Under the pieces are notes generated by a model that did not search any database, was not told the origin of the DNA, and saw only the letters and a list, made by a program, of their open reading frames with translations. A stretch of 64,000 bases of DNA. Source: Parcubacteria group bacterium Gr01-1014_17. GTDB lineage: Bacteria > Patescibacteriota > Minisyncoccia > Phycocordibacterales > UBA10002. Positions within the stretch are counted from its first letter, which is position 1. Every line of letters begins with the position of its first letter. Positions 29,165 through 38,727 of this stretch are shown here, in pieces. The position numbers and the translations under genes are program-made. The stretch covers positions 11,033 through 75,032 of the forward strand of contig VMFZ01000001.1 of assembly GCA_007376285.1 (NCBI GenBank), written 5' to 3'.

Positions 29165-30064
29165 TCAAAACTCCAGCGTCCGCAATACCTCTGCGTCCAC
29201 GACGGACCATTCTGCTTCGCGTATCGCTCCGTAAAAACGGACGATATCGCCCGCCACAAAGCGCTGGAGCGTCGTCTTTGCTTTATCCTTCCGCAGTATA
29301 AGCGTTTTCTCAGGAAGATATACCGTAAATTCTTTTCCATTCACCACTACTGCCGCAACAGTCGGGAGCGTAACGCTATCAAGCCGAGTGAGCTTTCCCT
29401 CAAAATTGCGTGACGAAAACTTTTGCTTATCTTGAAAGATTTTTACAGAGTCCGCAGAAAGGGAGCGGTCCAAATGGTTATACACACCAGTGGTTTCAAG
29501 AACGCGGTCGCCGAGCGCAATCGCAGAAGGTGGAATGGCTACGATTCCGCGAATGACGGTTGAGGTCGCTTTCGGTTTTATAAAGACCGTGCTCCCGTCT
29601 CCAATTTGTAAAATAAACGCGCCGCTTTGGTCGGGCGCAGACGCTACGGTTCCAGCAAACGAAGAACCTTCGGTGGATACCGACCAATTTTTTATGGATT
29701 TTGCGTCTACGCCAAGAGAATCAGAACTCCCGTTAAAAACCCCTTCAACACTGATAAAATGCCCGAGTGCAAATTGAGCAAGTACGATGGGGTTTCCAAA
29801 CCGATGCTTAAGCGATGTTTTAGCATCCGTGCGAATAATCCAGCGCACAGGAAGCATTCCCCAATGTTGAGAAGCAAAAATAGTTGAACCAGTAATTTGG
29901 GTGATGCGCGCGCCTTCCACAATCGTATCTCCGTTTTCTTCAATAGTGAGAGCAAGCGGCGCACCGACTGTTTTAGGTGATGGAATCTCCGGCGCAAGTG
30001 CATAGGCGCTGTATCCTACACAGAAAATAATCGCCAAAGCAAAAAGAAAACCGGCTATTTTCAT
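29165..30064 (-). CDS. Secreted protein with three repeated OB-fold-like beta domains (DUF5666-like)
   Basis: Signal peptide; repeated G.I..I...T.......GD.V...G units. Confidence 0.6.
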   Translation of the reverse strand: MKIAGFLFALAIIFCVGYSAYALAPEIPSPKTVGAPLALTIEENGDTIVEGARITQITGSTIFASQHWGMLPVRWIIRTDAKTSLKHRFGNPIVLAQFALGHFISVEGVFNGSSDSLGVDAKSIKNWSVSTEGSSFAGTVASAPDQSGAFILQIGDGSTVFIKPKATSTVIRGIVAIPPSAIALGDRVLETTGVYNHLDRSLSADSVKIFQDKQKFSSRNFEGKLTRLDSVTLPTVAAVVVNGKEFTVYLPEKTLILRKDKAKTTLQRFVAGDIVRFYGAIREAEWSVVDAEVLRTLEF

Positions 30065-30129
30065 ACAGAAAGGTATAGCACAGTGTAGAAAAAACACCAG
30101 AGGCGGGATACCACTCTGGTGTTAGTTGT

Positions 30130-30552
30130 TTATTGACGCGCCGACAAGAATTTTTCTGTCTTCAGTCGTAGCGAATTCATAAACACAGAAATTTCCGCAA
30201 TTTCTCTCGCGGAAATCTTTGGAGAATATTCTGGATTCTGTCCGTTGCGCCGAAGAATTGAAATATCACTATTCACGAGCGTGAACGAGAAACCTCCCTC
30301 GTTCCGCACACGAGGAATAAATTCAATTTCTTCAACAACAATTTTCTTACCGGCTTTTCCTTTCTCCCTATCGTACGATAATGTTCCTAAAGCATTCTCT
30401 ATAATCACGCCGAAACTTCCATCATTGGACAATGTGGAACATACCCCCTCGCGCATGTTCCCATCAAGGAACCTCAAAAGGTCTTTGAAAAACGGCTCCG
30501 GCTTAAAAAATGAAAAATGCTCCTGCAACCACAGCGCAATGCGACTATTCAT
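30130..30552 (-). CDS. Hypothetical (orphan) protein immediately downstream of tRNA-Gln
   Basis: SD AAAGGA, own promoter-like sequence and downstream hairpin accagag...ctctggt. Confidence 0.6.
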   Translation of the reverse strand: MNSRIALWLQEHFSFFKPEPFFKDLLRFLDGNMREGVCSTLSNDGSFGVIIENALGTLSYDREKGKAGKKIVVEEIEFIPRVRNEGGFSFTLVNSDISILRRNGQNPEYSPKISAREIAEISVFMNSLRLKTEKFLSARQ

Positions 30553-30628
30553 CTTTTTGTCCTTTCTTTATCAAACGAACAAACTGTTTTCCGCCACCTA
30601 TACTACGCCTGTTTTATAGAAAAATCAA

Positions 30629-30699
30629 CTGGGGGACTTGGAATCGAACCAAGATACTGGGCTTCAAAGGCCCATGTCCTACCGTTAGACGATCCCCCA
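30629..30699 (-). tRNA. tRNA-Gln(TTG)
   Basis: TGGGGGA acceptor; anticodon arm TGGGC-CTTTGAA-GCCCA; GGTTCGATTCC. Confidence 0.94.
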
Positions 30700-30713
30700 A
30701 TACATCCAAAATA

Positions 30714-31766
30714 TCATTTATTTTGAGTATCGCAAAGTTTGATGATTGCCAATTCAATGGGAAGGTGTGGAAGGTGCGAGCGGCCGATGAGGTCATAGTA
30801 TTCAAGAAAAGTAAGAAGTGTCTGCGAAGTAAGCCCGCTTGCGGGAATCTTTTTCAGAAACGCAAAGTCGGCTTCGGAAAGTTCGCGCGAGATTTCTTTT
30901 TCCATATCCGGCGCGATGCGCAAGAGAAGCGCGAAGCGCATTTTTTGCAAAATAAGCTTCGCAAACACTTTCATATCGGTATGCGCCTCCGTCGCTTCTA
31001 CGACTGCCGACAACCCATCCTCCGCATTACGTTCAACAAGCGCCGCAATCACGCGGTTCGCAAGCTCACCTTTGGGCGCGCCGGTCACGCGAAGCACTTC
31101 TTCTTCTGAAATCTTTTTATCAGCAGAAATGGAAATTACTTTCTGCAAAATGCCGTACGCATCGCGGAACGAGCCGTCTCCCAAAAGCGCAATGAGTTCT
31201 GCTGACGCATGGCTCATCTCGTACCCTTCTCTCTTTCCGGCGCGGGCGATAATTTCGGCAAGCGTCTTCTGGCTCGGCTTCCGAAACGAGTGTAGCTCAC
31301 AGCGGGAAATAATGGTTTCCGGCACTTTATCAAGCTCGGTTGTTGCAAGAATAAAAACAACATGCGCGGGCGGCTCTTCCAATGTCTTGAGAAGCGCGTT
31401 AAACGCTTCTTTGGTAAGCATGTGCACTTCATCAAGAATGTAGACCTTGTAAGGCGATTCAAACGGAAGCGAGAGCACCGTCTCACGAAGCTCGCGCGCG
31501 TCTTCAATCTTGCGGCTGGACGCCGCGTCAATTTCTTGCAAATCAATATCGGCAGTTTTAAGAGAATGTGCGAGAATTCTTGCGACTGATGTTTTCCCAG
31601 TCCCGCGCGCGCCGGCAAACAGGTACGCGTGCGAAACTCTACCAAGCGCCAAAGCGCCAGTGAGCGCTTCCACTACATGCTCTTGCCCTACCACTTCGTT
31701 CCACTTTTGCGGACGGTATTTCCGATACAGCGCGGAAAATGATTCTTGCTTTTCTTTTGAATTCAT
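30714..31766 (-). CDS. dnaX: DNA polymerase III gamma/tau
   Basis: LYRKYRP, GARGTGKT, DEVHML, LLKTLEEPP, SRC. Confidence 0.96.
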   Translation of the reverse strand: MNSKEKQESFSALYRKYRPQKWNEVVGQEHVVEALTGALALGRVSHAYLFAGARGTGKTSVARILAHSLKTADIDLQEIDAASSRKIEDARELRETVLSLPFESPYKVYILDEVHMLTKEAFNALLKTLEEPPAHVVFILATTELDKVPETIISRCELHSFRKPSQKTLAEIIARAGKREGYEMSHASAELIALLGDGSFRDAYGILQKVISISADKKISEEEVLRVTGAPKGELANRVIAALVERNAEDGLSAVVEATEAHTDMKVFAKLILQKMRFALLLRIAPDMEKEISRELSEADFAFLKKIPASGLTSQTLLTFLEYYDLIGRSHLPHLPIELAIIKLCDTQNK

Positions 31767-31788
31767 ACAGAAAGAATAACACAGAAAA

Positions 31789-31855
31789 GACACCCGATGT
31801 CTGCCCGCCCGTACCGAATGGTACATTCGGGCGGGCAATTTAGACATCGGGTGTC
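31789..31855. repeat. Family A variant 2 palindrome carrying a nested different hairpin
   Basis: gacacccgatgtctgc[ccgcccgtaccgaatggtacattcgggcgggc]aatttagacatcgggtgtc. Confidence 0.88.
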
Positions 31856-31945
31856 GGATTACCCCAAAACTTGACAGTGTATTTTTTGCATGTATCATCT
31901 GTAGTAGAACAGTAAAATAATATAGAAACGATGCGAAGGAGTATC

Positions 31946-32383
31946 ATGAGTAATCCGTTTGAGAAAATAAAAGAGAAAAACGCACAGTTTCCGCAAATTC
32001 GCAAACAAGCAGAAGCTCGTTATGACGAACTTGTAATGAGTGTGCTCCGCGAACTCCGAAATGCACTTTATCCTCATAGCCCCACAGTATCTAGTCCAGT
32101 AAGTGGGCTTTTGGGAGTTGGAGGGGATGTGGAGGTTTTTTCTGGATGGCACATTTGTGGATATTTTCCCCAACATCCTGACCCGAGCAAGCCGTGGGAG
32201 AACCCTCCCCGCGGTGTCAATACAGGCGTGTCTGTCTCTTTGATTTTTGACTCAAATAATTGCCCAACCAGCTTTTTGTGTACTATTTCGCAAGACTGGT
32301 TCTATGAACCATCAAAAAGTGGGCGGACGCGCGGTCTAACGCGCCACGAGTTGACTGAAGTTCTTGCACGAATGCATTCCTAG
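31946..32383 (+). CDS. Hypothetical (orphan) protein
   Basis: TTGACA promoter near 31871, SD AAGGAG, terminator 32402-32430. Confidence 0.7.
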   Translation: MSNPFEKIKEKNAQFPQIRKQAEARYDELVMSVLRELRNALYPHSPTVSSPVSGLLGVGGDVEVFSGWHICGYFPQHPDPSKPWENPPRGVNTGVSVSLIFDSNNCPTSFLCTISQDWFYEPSKSGRTRGLTRHELTEVLARMHS

Positions 32384-32401
32384 CTGTGTCATTTAAATCT
32401 T

Positions 32402-32430
32402 CCCGCGACTTGAAATATAGTCGCGGGTTT
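32402..32430 (+). terminator. Intrinsic terminator
   Basis: CCCGCGACT-loop-AGTCGCGGG plus T-run. Confidence 0.8.
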
Positions 32431-32447
32431 TCTTTTTTTCCGCTTTT

Positions 32448-32530
32448 ATACAAACATTTTGCCCTCCTCATCGGCGGGCAAGCAAAATGACTGGATACAC
32501 TATCTTTGGCGGTCGCAAAGTTTAGTGTAT
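32448..32530 (+). repeat. Family C palindrome (with B-derived insert) plus TACACTA hairpin
   Basis: atacaaacattttgc[...]gcaaaatgactggatacactatctttggcggtcgcaaagtttagtgta. Confidence 0.8.
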
Positions 32531-32759
32531 ATAGAAAGTTCTACCATACTACAAAGTATGAGAGAAGAAATTAGAGCGAACGAAACTCGTTGAGGCGCGC
32601 AGGTTTGCAAACATGGGTAAGGCACGAAGCGAAATGCTTTTTCAAAATGTCTGGAGCGAGTGGTCGCATTGCAGCGACCCGAGCGTTACCGAGGACTTTT
32701 GTAAAAAGCATTTTGCGGAGTGTCTTCCTTTCAATGCGCGCCGAGAAAGAGTTCTAAGA

Positions 32760-32828
32760 GACACCAGATGTTTGCCATCTATCCCGCCTCATCGGCGGGT
32801 CGCCGAGGAGGAGACAACATCTGGTGTC
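32760..32828. repeat. Family A+B composite palindrome at the 3' end of the Clp ATPase gene
   Basis: Near-identical to 35328-35396. Confidence 0.9.
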
Positions 32829-35316
32829 AACTATGCAACTCCTCGGGCGAGAGTTCTACGCGCGAGCCGGGGCGGATTTCGCCGCGCAGGATCTTATCAG
32901 CAATCGCGCGCTCTACGCTGTCGTTTATAGCGCGTTGCATCGCGCGCGCGCCGAATTGCGGGTCGGCACCAGCTTCCGCCACAAAATCAACTAACCGTTG
33001 GGTCGGCACAAACATCACGCCGCGCTCGCTCAAGCGCTTCGCAAGTTTCTGGAGCATAAGAACTGCGACCGCGCGCAAGTTCTTGCCCGTAAGCGGTTGG
33101 AACAAAACCACTCCGTCAAAACGGTTCAGAAGCTCCGGCGTAAAGGACCCGCGTTCCACGAGCGCGTCAGTAATACGCTTCTTTTCGTCCGACAAATCAT
33201 TCCCTTGCCGCACCGCGTTCCAGATAAGGTCGCTCCCTGCGTTTGAAGTCGCGATAATTAAAAGATTCCGGCAATTCACGCGCTTGCCAGCAGCGTCCGT
33301 GAAAAACCCTTCGTCAAGCACCTGCAAAAACAAATGCCGGATTTCCACGGTCGTTTTCTCAAACTCATCCAGAAGCAAAACGCCGTAGGGTTTTTCGCGT
33401 AGAAGCGAAGCAAGCACACCCGGCTTCCCCGCCGTAAACGAACCAATGAGCCGTTCGAGCGCATCCGCGGTCTGGTATTCCGATAAATCAAGCCGATGCG
33501 TCGCATCTTCGCTTCCGAAAAATGAGGATGCGAGCGCTTTTGCGGTTTCTGTTTTGCCGACACCAGTCGGGCCCAAAAAGAGGAACGAGCCAAACGGGCG
33601 ATTCGGGTTCGCAATCCCAGAACGCGCGCGGCGCAAAGCCGCCGCGACAGTTGCAAGCGCCTCGTCTTGCCCAACCACGCGCGCGCGAAGCGCGCTTTCA
33701 AGCGTAAGGAGCGTCGCGCGTTCGGATTCCTTAAGCGCCCCGACTGGTACTCCCGTTCGCTTTTCAACCACCGACAAAACATCTGAAGGGAGTACCGCAA
33801 TCCGTTTCGCCTTTTTCACGGCGCTCGCGGCTTCGTACAATACATCAACTGCTTTATCCAAAAGCGATTCGCCCATAAAATATCGCGCGCTTGCTTTCAC
33901 CGCCGCTTCAACTGCCGGAAAGGTGAAAAACAATTTGCTTCCCGCCTCAATCCGCACCGCTTCGTCTTCAAGGTACGGCAACACTGCGCGTTCGTCTGGC
34001 GCCGGTACCAAAATCCGCTCAAAGCGCTTCATCAGTTCCGCATTTGGTTCAATGGTGCGATGAAAAGCGCCGGTCTCCGCAAGCGCAATGAGCTGAATGC
34101 GCGTGGATGCGAGAAACTCGTCCAAAAGGCGCCCAGCATCGCTCCCAAGTGTCGCTGCGCTTTCTAAAAACGCCGGAAAATCCGGAAGCACGACAATCAA
34201 ATTACCCGCCGATTCAATTTCTTTAAACAAACGGAGTAGCTCGCTTTCAAACGCAATTTTTGTCTTTGTTTCTGCGATAAAAGAATTTGTGTCAAAAAGT
34301 ATAAGCCGTTTATGCTCTAATTGCGGAAGCACGGAGCCATCCCGAATGCGTGAGAGAACAAACGCAATGGCAGCTTCGCGCGGAGAACCAGCATCACCCA
34401 CCAAAAGCGCGTTCGCCTCGCGTACGCGAGAAAGCACCGCTTCCGCTTGTTCTCCGGCGCCCGCCGCAAGGAGCGCTTCTGCGGAAGACACGCGCGCAAA
34501 CGCAGGGATTTGCGCAATATCCTTGCCGTAACGCGACAATCGCCACGCCGAGCCGTACGCCCAGTCCTTGCCGATGCCTTGAATCCTCCCCAGCCGTTCG
34601 CGACCCAATGCGCGTGCCCCGCGGCGCATATTTACCAAGCAGCGCTCCACCCACCCAGCTGCTTCGGCTGCGACTCCTGCAGATACGCTCTGTTCAGCAA
34701 GAAAAAGCGCAGCATCTTGGTCAACAGAAAAAATTGCCATTACGATGTCAGAAAGAGAAATGGGCGCGCCGTTCCGCGCTGAAACAGAAAGCGAATCCGA
34801 TGTAAGAGAGTGCCGCGGTTTATTTACAAACGCGCGCACTGCCGCACTGGAAATGCCGAGCCGCAAGAAAATCTGCTTGCCTAAAAAACTCTTGGAAAAG
34901 CTTCTGAATATATCCGCACCGGAAATCTCCGACACTGAAACAGCCGCGTCAAAAGAAATAAGAAGCGGTTCTCTTTTCCAAAACGGTTCGCGGAGCAAGA
35001 GCGGAAACCCGCGGCACGCGGAAGAGTAGTAGCAGGCATTCACAGAAAACAACGCAAGATACAGCGCAAGCGCAATATAAAATAAACCAGGAACGAACTG
35101 GAGCAGTGCGAGAAGTCCTGAGGAAACAGAAAGACGCTCCGCAAACGAGGGGCTCGCGGTGAAGATTGAAAATAGAAGTGCACCGCACAGAAAGATAACA
35201 ACAAGAAAGCCAAGTGAGCGCGCAAGCCGCAACCGTTTCGGCAAGGGCAGAAACCGTTCAATCAAAACCCCCAACTTAAAAACTGAAGTAGATTGTTGTA
35301 GTTCTTGAAATGTCAT
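32827..35316 (-). CDS. Membrane-anchored ClpA/ClpB-like AAA+ ATPase
   Basis: Two N-terminal TMs; D2 RVVGQDEA, GPTGVGKTE, LLLDEFEK, PELLNRFD, FGARAM; D1 Walker A degenerate. Confidence 0.9.
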   Translation of the reverse strand: MTFQELQQSTSVFKLGVLIERFLPLPKRLRLARSLGFLVVIFLCGALLFSIFTASPSFAERLSVSSGLLALLQFVPGLFYIALALYLALFSVNACYYSSACRGFPLLLREPFWKREPLLISFDAAVSVSEISGADIFRSFSKSFLGKQIFLRLGISSAAVRAFVNKPRHSLTSDSLSVSARNGAPISLSDIVMAIFSVDQDAALFLAEQSVSAGVAAEAAGWVERCLVNMRRGARALGRERLGRIQGIGKDWAYGSAWRLSRYGKDIAQIPAFARVSSAEALLAAGAGEQAEAVLSRVREANALLVGDAGSPREAAIAFVLSRIRDGSVLPQLEHKRLILFDTNSFIAETKTKIAFESELLRLFKEIESAGNLIVVLPDFPAFLESAATLGSDAGRLLDEFLASTRIQLIALAETGAFHRTIEPNAELMKRFERILVPAPDERAVLPYLEDEAVRIEAGSKLFFTFPAVEAAVKASARYFMGESLLDKAVDVLYEAASAVKKAKRIAVLPSDVLSVVEKRTGVPVGALKESERATLLTLESALRARVVGQDEALATVAAALRRARSGIANPNRPFGSFLFLGPTGVGKTETAKALASSFFGSEDATHRLDLSEYQTADALERLIGSFTAGKPGVLASLLREKPYGVLLLDEFEKTTVEIRHLFLQVLDEGFFTDAAGKRVNCRNLLIIATSNAGSDLIWNAVRQGNDLSDEKKRITDALVERGSFTPELLNRFDGVVLFQPLTGKNLRAVAVLMLQKLAKRLSERGVMFVPTQRLVDFVAEAGADPQFGARAMQRAINDSVERAIADKILRGEIRPGSRVELSPEELHS

Positions 35317-35327
35317 ATTTATTCTCT

Positions 35328-35396
35328 GGCGCCCGATGTTTGCCGCCTATCCCGCCTCATCGGCGGGTCGCCGAGGAGGAGACAACATCGGGTGCC
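35328..35396. repeat. Family A+B composite palindrome 5' of the Clp ATPase gene
   Basis: ggcgcccgatgtttgccgcctat[cccgcctcatcggcgggtcgccgaggaggaga]caacatcgggtgcc. Confidence 0.9.
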
Positions 35397-35398
35397 TC

Positions 35399-35764
35399 TT
35401 ACAATGCACGGACACCAATAATAATCAGAAACACAATCACGAACGGCAACACGAGCCACAGAAGAAGCACGACAAGCGCGGCTAGAAACGCCGCCGCAAA
35501 TGCGAACGCGGCGAGTGCGAATAGCGCGAGCCGCGCAACAATACCGATGGCGCGCATCGCAGCACCGACAATCATGCGCCCGACAAACGACCCTTGCGCT
35601 TCACCGAGCCGCTTCCACGGCACGAAAAATGAGCGCGCGAGAAGCTCTATGGAAAAGAAATGCCAGAGAAACCAAAAGAGATTTGAAACCGCGCGCGCTA
35701 AATCAACTAGCGCCGCGCTGTAGTGCCACAAAATGTACTGCGGCAAAAAAACAACAAAGTTCAT
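35399..35764 (-). CDS. Small membrane protein upstream of the Clp ATPase
   Basis: YILWHYS...HFFSIELLARSFFVPWKR plus TM helices. Confidence 0.75.
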   Translation of the reverse strand: MNFVVFLPQYILWHYSAALVDLARAVSNLFWFLWHFFSIELLARSFFVPWKRLGEAQGSFVGRMIVGAAMRAIGIVARLALFALAAFAFAAAFLAALVVLLLWLVLPFVIVFLIIIGVRAL

Positions 35765-35786
35765 ACCAGAATTATACCACGCGGCG

Positions 35787-36608
35787 CTACCGGCGCTTAA
35801 ATACAACTTGGTCCTTAAAACGAACATCAAAATACTGGAGCGCTGGTGAGACGGAACCACCAGAGATTTTCAGATTCGCGGCAGCGAGTGTTGCCGGCAG
35901 TTCCAAAAAGAGCTCAGGTGTTTTCTGCGAGAGCACAAAGCGCGCTTCGGCGCTGTCTGCAAGCAAGAGCGCAAAATCATTCCCTTCTGCTCGCACCACT
36001 TTTTTAATTGCCAAACCAACTCTTTCTGCAGAGGAAATAATATTGCGAAGCAGAGCAAACTTCTCGAGCGGTAGGTAGCGCGCACCAGAGTCCGCGCCCC
36101 AACCCTCAAACACAAGACGAGACAGCGGCGGCGCATCGCCTTTTGCCTGCGCAAAACCGAAGCCGCTTTCGTCAATAAAAACGCACTCGCCGGCAGAGGG
36201 GCACCACTCCGCAAATGGCTTCCGTTCCGACACGGCGATAATTACCAGAGCACCGCCCCGCATCGCATCAACTGATGCGATGCGGGGCGAAGTTGATGCG
36301 ACCGCGCCTACAAGCACCGTTCGCGGATAAAGTAATTGGTGAGTAAAAGAAAACAAGCGCACACCGACATCAGTAAACGCGCGCGCAACCGCAGCTTCCG
36401 CGCGAAGTTCCTCCACGCGCGCGGAACTGTTTATGCCGACAATAGTAACTTTTCCAATTTGAAACGGCGTGTAAAACGAAAACAACGACAGACCGAAAAA
36501 GAGTAGCGCGAGCGCGGACATACCGAAAAACGCTCGCCACGCAAATCGTCGCATCTTGCTTGGACGGCGTTTGCGTCGTAACCCCTGCAATTCTGCTCGA
36601 TACGGCAT
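35787..36608 (-). CDS. FtsQ/DivIB-like cell division protein
   Basis: Basic N-terminus, TM, POTRA-like region, ERKPFAEWC, C-terminal YFDVRF. Confidence 0.7.
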   Translation of the reverse strand: MPYRAELQGLRRKRRPSKMRRFAWRAFFGMSALALLFFGLSLFSFYTPFQIGKVTIVGINSSARVEELRAEAAVARAFTDVGVRLFSFTHQLLYPRTVLVGAVASTSPRIASVDAMRGGALVIIAVSERKPFAEWCPSAGECVFIDESGFGFAQAKGDAPPLSRLVFEGWGADSGARYLPLEKFALLRNIISSAERVGLAIKKVVRAEGNDFALLLADSAEARFVLSQKTPELFLELPATLAAANLKISGGSVSPALQYFDVRFKDQVVFKRR

Positions 36609-36703
36609 AGAGATAGTATAATATAAAAATAGGAATACTAACGGACTATGGACATATTTATTATTTCGTGTATTATGATTTCTGGATATAAAGAAAGAAT
36701 TAC

Positions 36704-37045
36704 ATGAAAATACAAAGACCTCCGCGGAAAGAGTTTGTTGAGTATCTTGCATCAGAAAATCCTCAAGACATGGGTATTATCTCTCATGTTGGACTCACGC
36801 GTGAAAAAGCCTGTGAAATTTGTGAGTTGCTTTTACGCGAGGGCGAGTGGATGATTGAAGTCGGGCAACGCAGAGAAAAGTTTCTAGCATGGTTGCTAGA
36901 CAAGAAAACCAATGAAATCGTCTGGGTTACTCCACCGATTTTTGACTCGCGTAATCAAGCGAAAAATTATTTGGAAGAATATACCAGTTGGATACAAAAA
37001 GTATACCTTACAAATTGGGTCGCATCTGGTTGTCCCCGTCCTTGA
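36704..37045 (+). CDS. Hypothetical (orphan) protein
   Basis: AT-richer ORF followed by terminator. Confidence 0.65.
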   Translation: MKIQRPPRKEFVEYLASENPQDMGIISHVGLTREKACEICELLLREGEWMIEVGQRREKFLAWLLDKKTNEIVWVTPPIFDSRNQAKNYLEEYTSWIQKVYLTNWVASGCPRP

Positions 37046-37057
37046 GCACTCTTTACC

Positions 37058-37087
37058 AAGCCGTTCGCAAGAACGGCTTTTTCTTTT
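37058..37087 (+). terminator. Intrinsic terminator
   Basis: AAGCCGTTC-GCAA-GAACGGCTT plus T-run. Confidence 0.85.
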
Positions 37088-37117
37088 GTCTATTCTCTTA
37101 TTCTCACGAATTAGTCC

Positions 37118-37197
37118 ATACAAGTATTTTGCCCGCCTCATCGGCGGACAGGCAAAATACTGAAATACACTATCTTTGGCGACCTCTAGAGATAGTA
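37118..37197 (+). repeat. Family C palindrome (with B-derived insert) plus TACACTA hairpin
   Basis: atacaagtattttgc[...]gcaaaatactgaaatacactatctttggcgacc. Confidence 0.8.
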
Positions 37198-37211
37198 TGG
37201 GTATTCGCCTG

Positions 37212-37251
37212 ACTATTCCAACTACTTGCTATAGCAGTTAATTGGAATAGT
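37212..37251. repeat. Solo copy of family P palindrome
   Basis: actattccaactacttgcta|tagcagttaattggaatagt. Confidence 0.9.
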
Positions 37252-37279
37252 GAATAGTAATAGTGATAAAAATCACGGA

Positions 37280-37314
37280 GGCACCAGATGTCTAAATTGC
37301 AGACATCTGGTGCC
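37280..37314. repeat. Family A variant 2 palindrome (inverted orientation)
   Basis: ggcaccagatgtctaaattgcagacatctggtgcc. Confidence 0.9.
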
Positions 37315-37529
37315 GAAAAAAGAGCGAGCAAACTCGTTGAGGCGCGCAGGTTTGAGACGCCCTTGCGCAATCTGAAAACACGAAAGCGAGGAAGTACCTA
37401 TGCCGAGACGGCGAGGAGGCGAACGGCCATGGACTCCCGAGCGAAGCGAGGGAGGAGTGAGCCGAGCGGATAAGGCAAAATTCCTCGGAGGGGAATTTTG
37501 CCGGTCTCGGCAGAGGTAGCTTCCGAGCG

Positions 37530-38701
37530 CTATTTTATTTCCCCCTTCCCCAAATACGGCACCAGCACGGGTGGAACGACGATACTTCCGTCTGCGCGCT
37601 GGTTGTTTTCCAACAAAGAAATCAGAAGGCGTGGCGTAGGCGCGGCGGTGCAATTCAGTGAATGCGCGAACTTTTGTTTTCCGTCCTTTTCTTTGTAACG
37701 AATGTTAAGTCGCCGCGTTTGAAAATCGTGGAAGTATGAGGCAGAACTTATTTCCCGATATCGCTTTTCTGATGGCACCCACAGGTTAATATCATATTTT
37801 TTCACTTGTCCGAGCCCGAGGTCTCCGCCGCAATTAGTAACCGTCTGGTACGGAATACCGAGCGCTTCCATAAACTCCTCTTCGTTGCGATTCATTTCTT
37901 CATGAAAGCGCACTGAGGTCTGGTGGCTCGCTTCGCAAAGCACTACTTGTTCACATTTAAAGAATTCATGCACGCGCATCAAGCCCTTCGTATCTTTGCC
38001 GTGGCTCCCCGCCTCACGCCGGAAACAAGGCGAGAACGCGATGAGCTTTTTTGGGAGTTCTTCCGCAGAAAACATGCTGTCCGCGAAATACGACATCACC
38101 GGCACTTCGGCAGTGCCTGCAAGATAATCGCCGTCCTGTGTTTTATACAAATCGTCTTCGCCCTGCGGAAGGTAACCGGTGCCGAGAAGCGCTTCGCGCC
38201 GAACGAGAGAAGGCGCCAGCATTGGCGAAAAACCTTTCTTCACAAAGAAATCAAAACAAAACTTCCAAAGCGCGAATGATAAAAGCGCGCCATCGTTTTT
38301 CAGAAAGTACCCGCGGAAACCAGATACCGCCGCGCCGCGCTCAAAATTCGCCATATCGTTTTTCAAAAGCAAATCAATATGGCTTTTCGGTTCAAAAGCA
38401 AACGCTGGCTTCTCGCCCCAACTTCGCACTTCGGCATTGTCCGCATCGCTTCCTCCTTCCGGTACGGAAATATCGGGCACATTCGGCACTTGGAGCATCA
38501 GTGTCTGCCATTGTTGCGTCGCTTTTTTCAGACGCCGCTTTTGCGATTCTGCTCCGCGCGCTTGTTTTCAACAACCGTGAGAAGTGCGCGGCGCTCGTCG
38601 TCTACGGCAATAAGTTCTTCCACTTTGAAATCGACGCACTTCTTCCGCGCCGCCTCGGCAACAAGTTCTTTGTTTTCTCGGATGAATTTTATATCCAACA
38701 T
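37530..38701 (-). pseudogene. serS: Seryl-tRNA synthetase with apparent deletion/frameshift near 38530 (possibly assembly error)
   Basis: MLDIKFIREN start at 38701 hits TGA at 38528-38530; another frame continues LMLQVPN...TAE...FRREAGS..TKGLMRVHEF. Confidence 0.85.
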
Positions 38702-38727
38702 ATTATGAATAATGATACCATAAAGAA

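Noticed and set aside
32448-32530. Classical integron attC site
   Set aside because: No clear RYYYAAC/GTTRRRY boxes, no tandem cassette array and no intI; kept only as an analogy.
38528-38530. TGA readthrough (code 25) to explain the serS stop
   Set aside because: The downstream part is in a different frame, and TGA ends many intact genes here.
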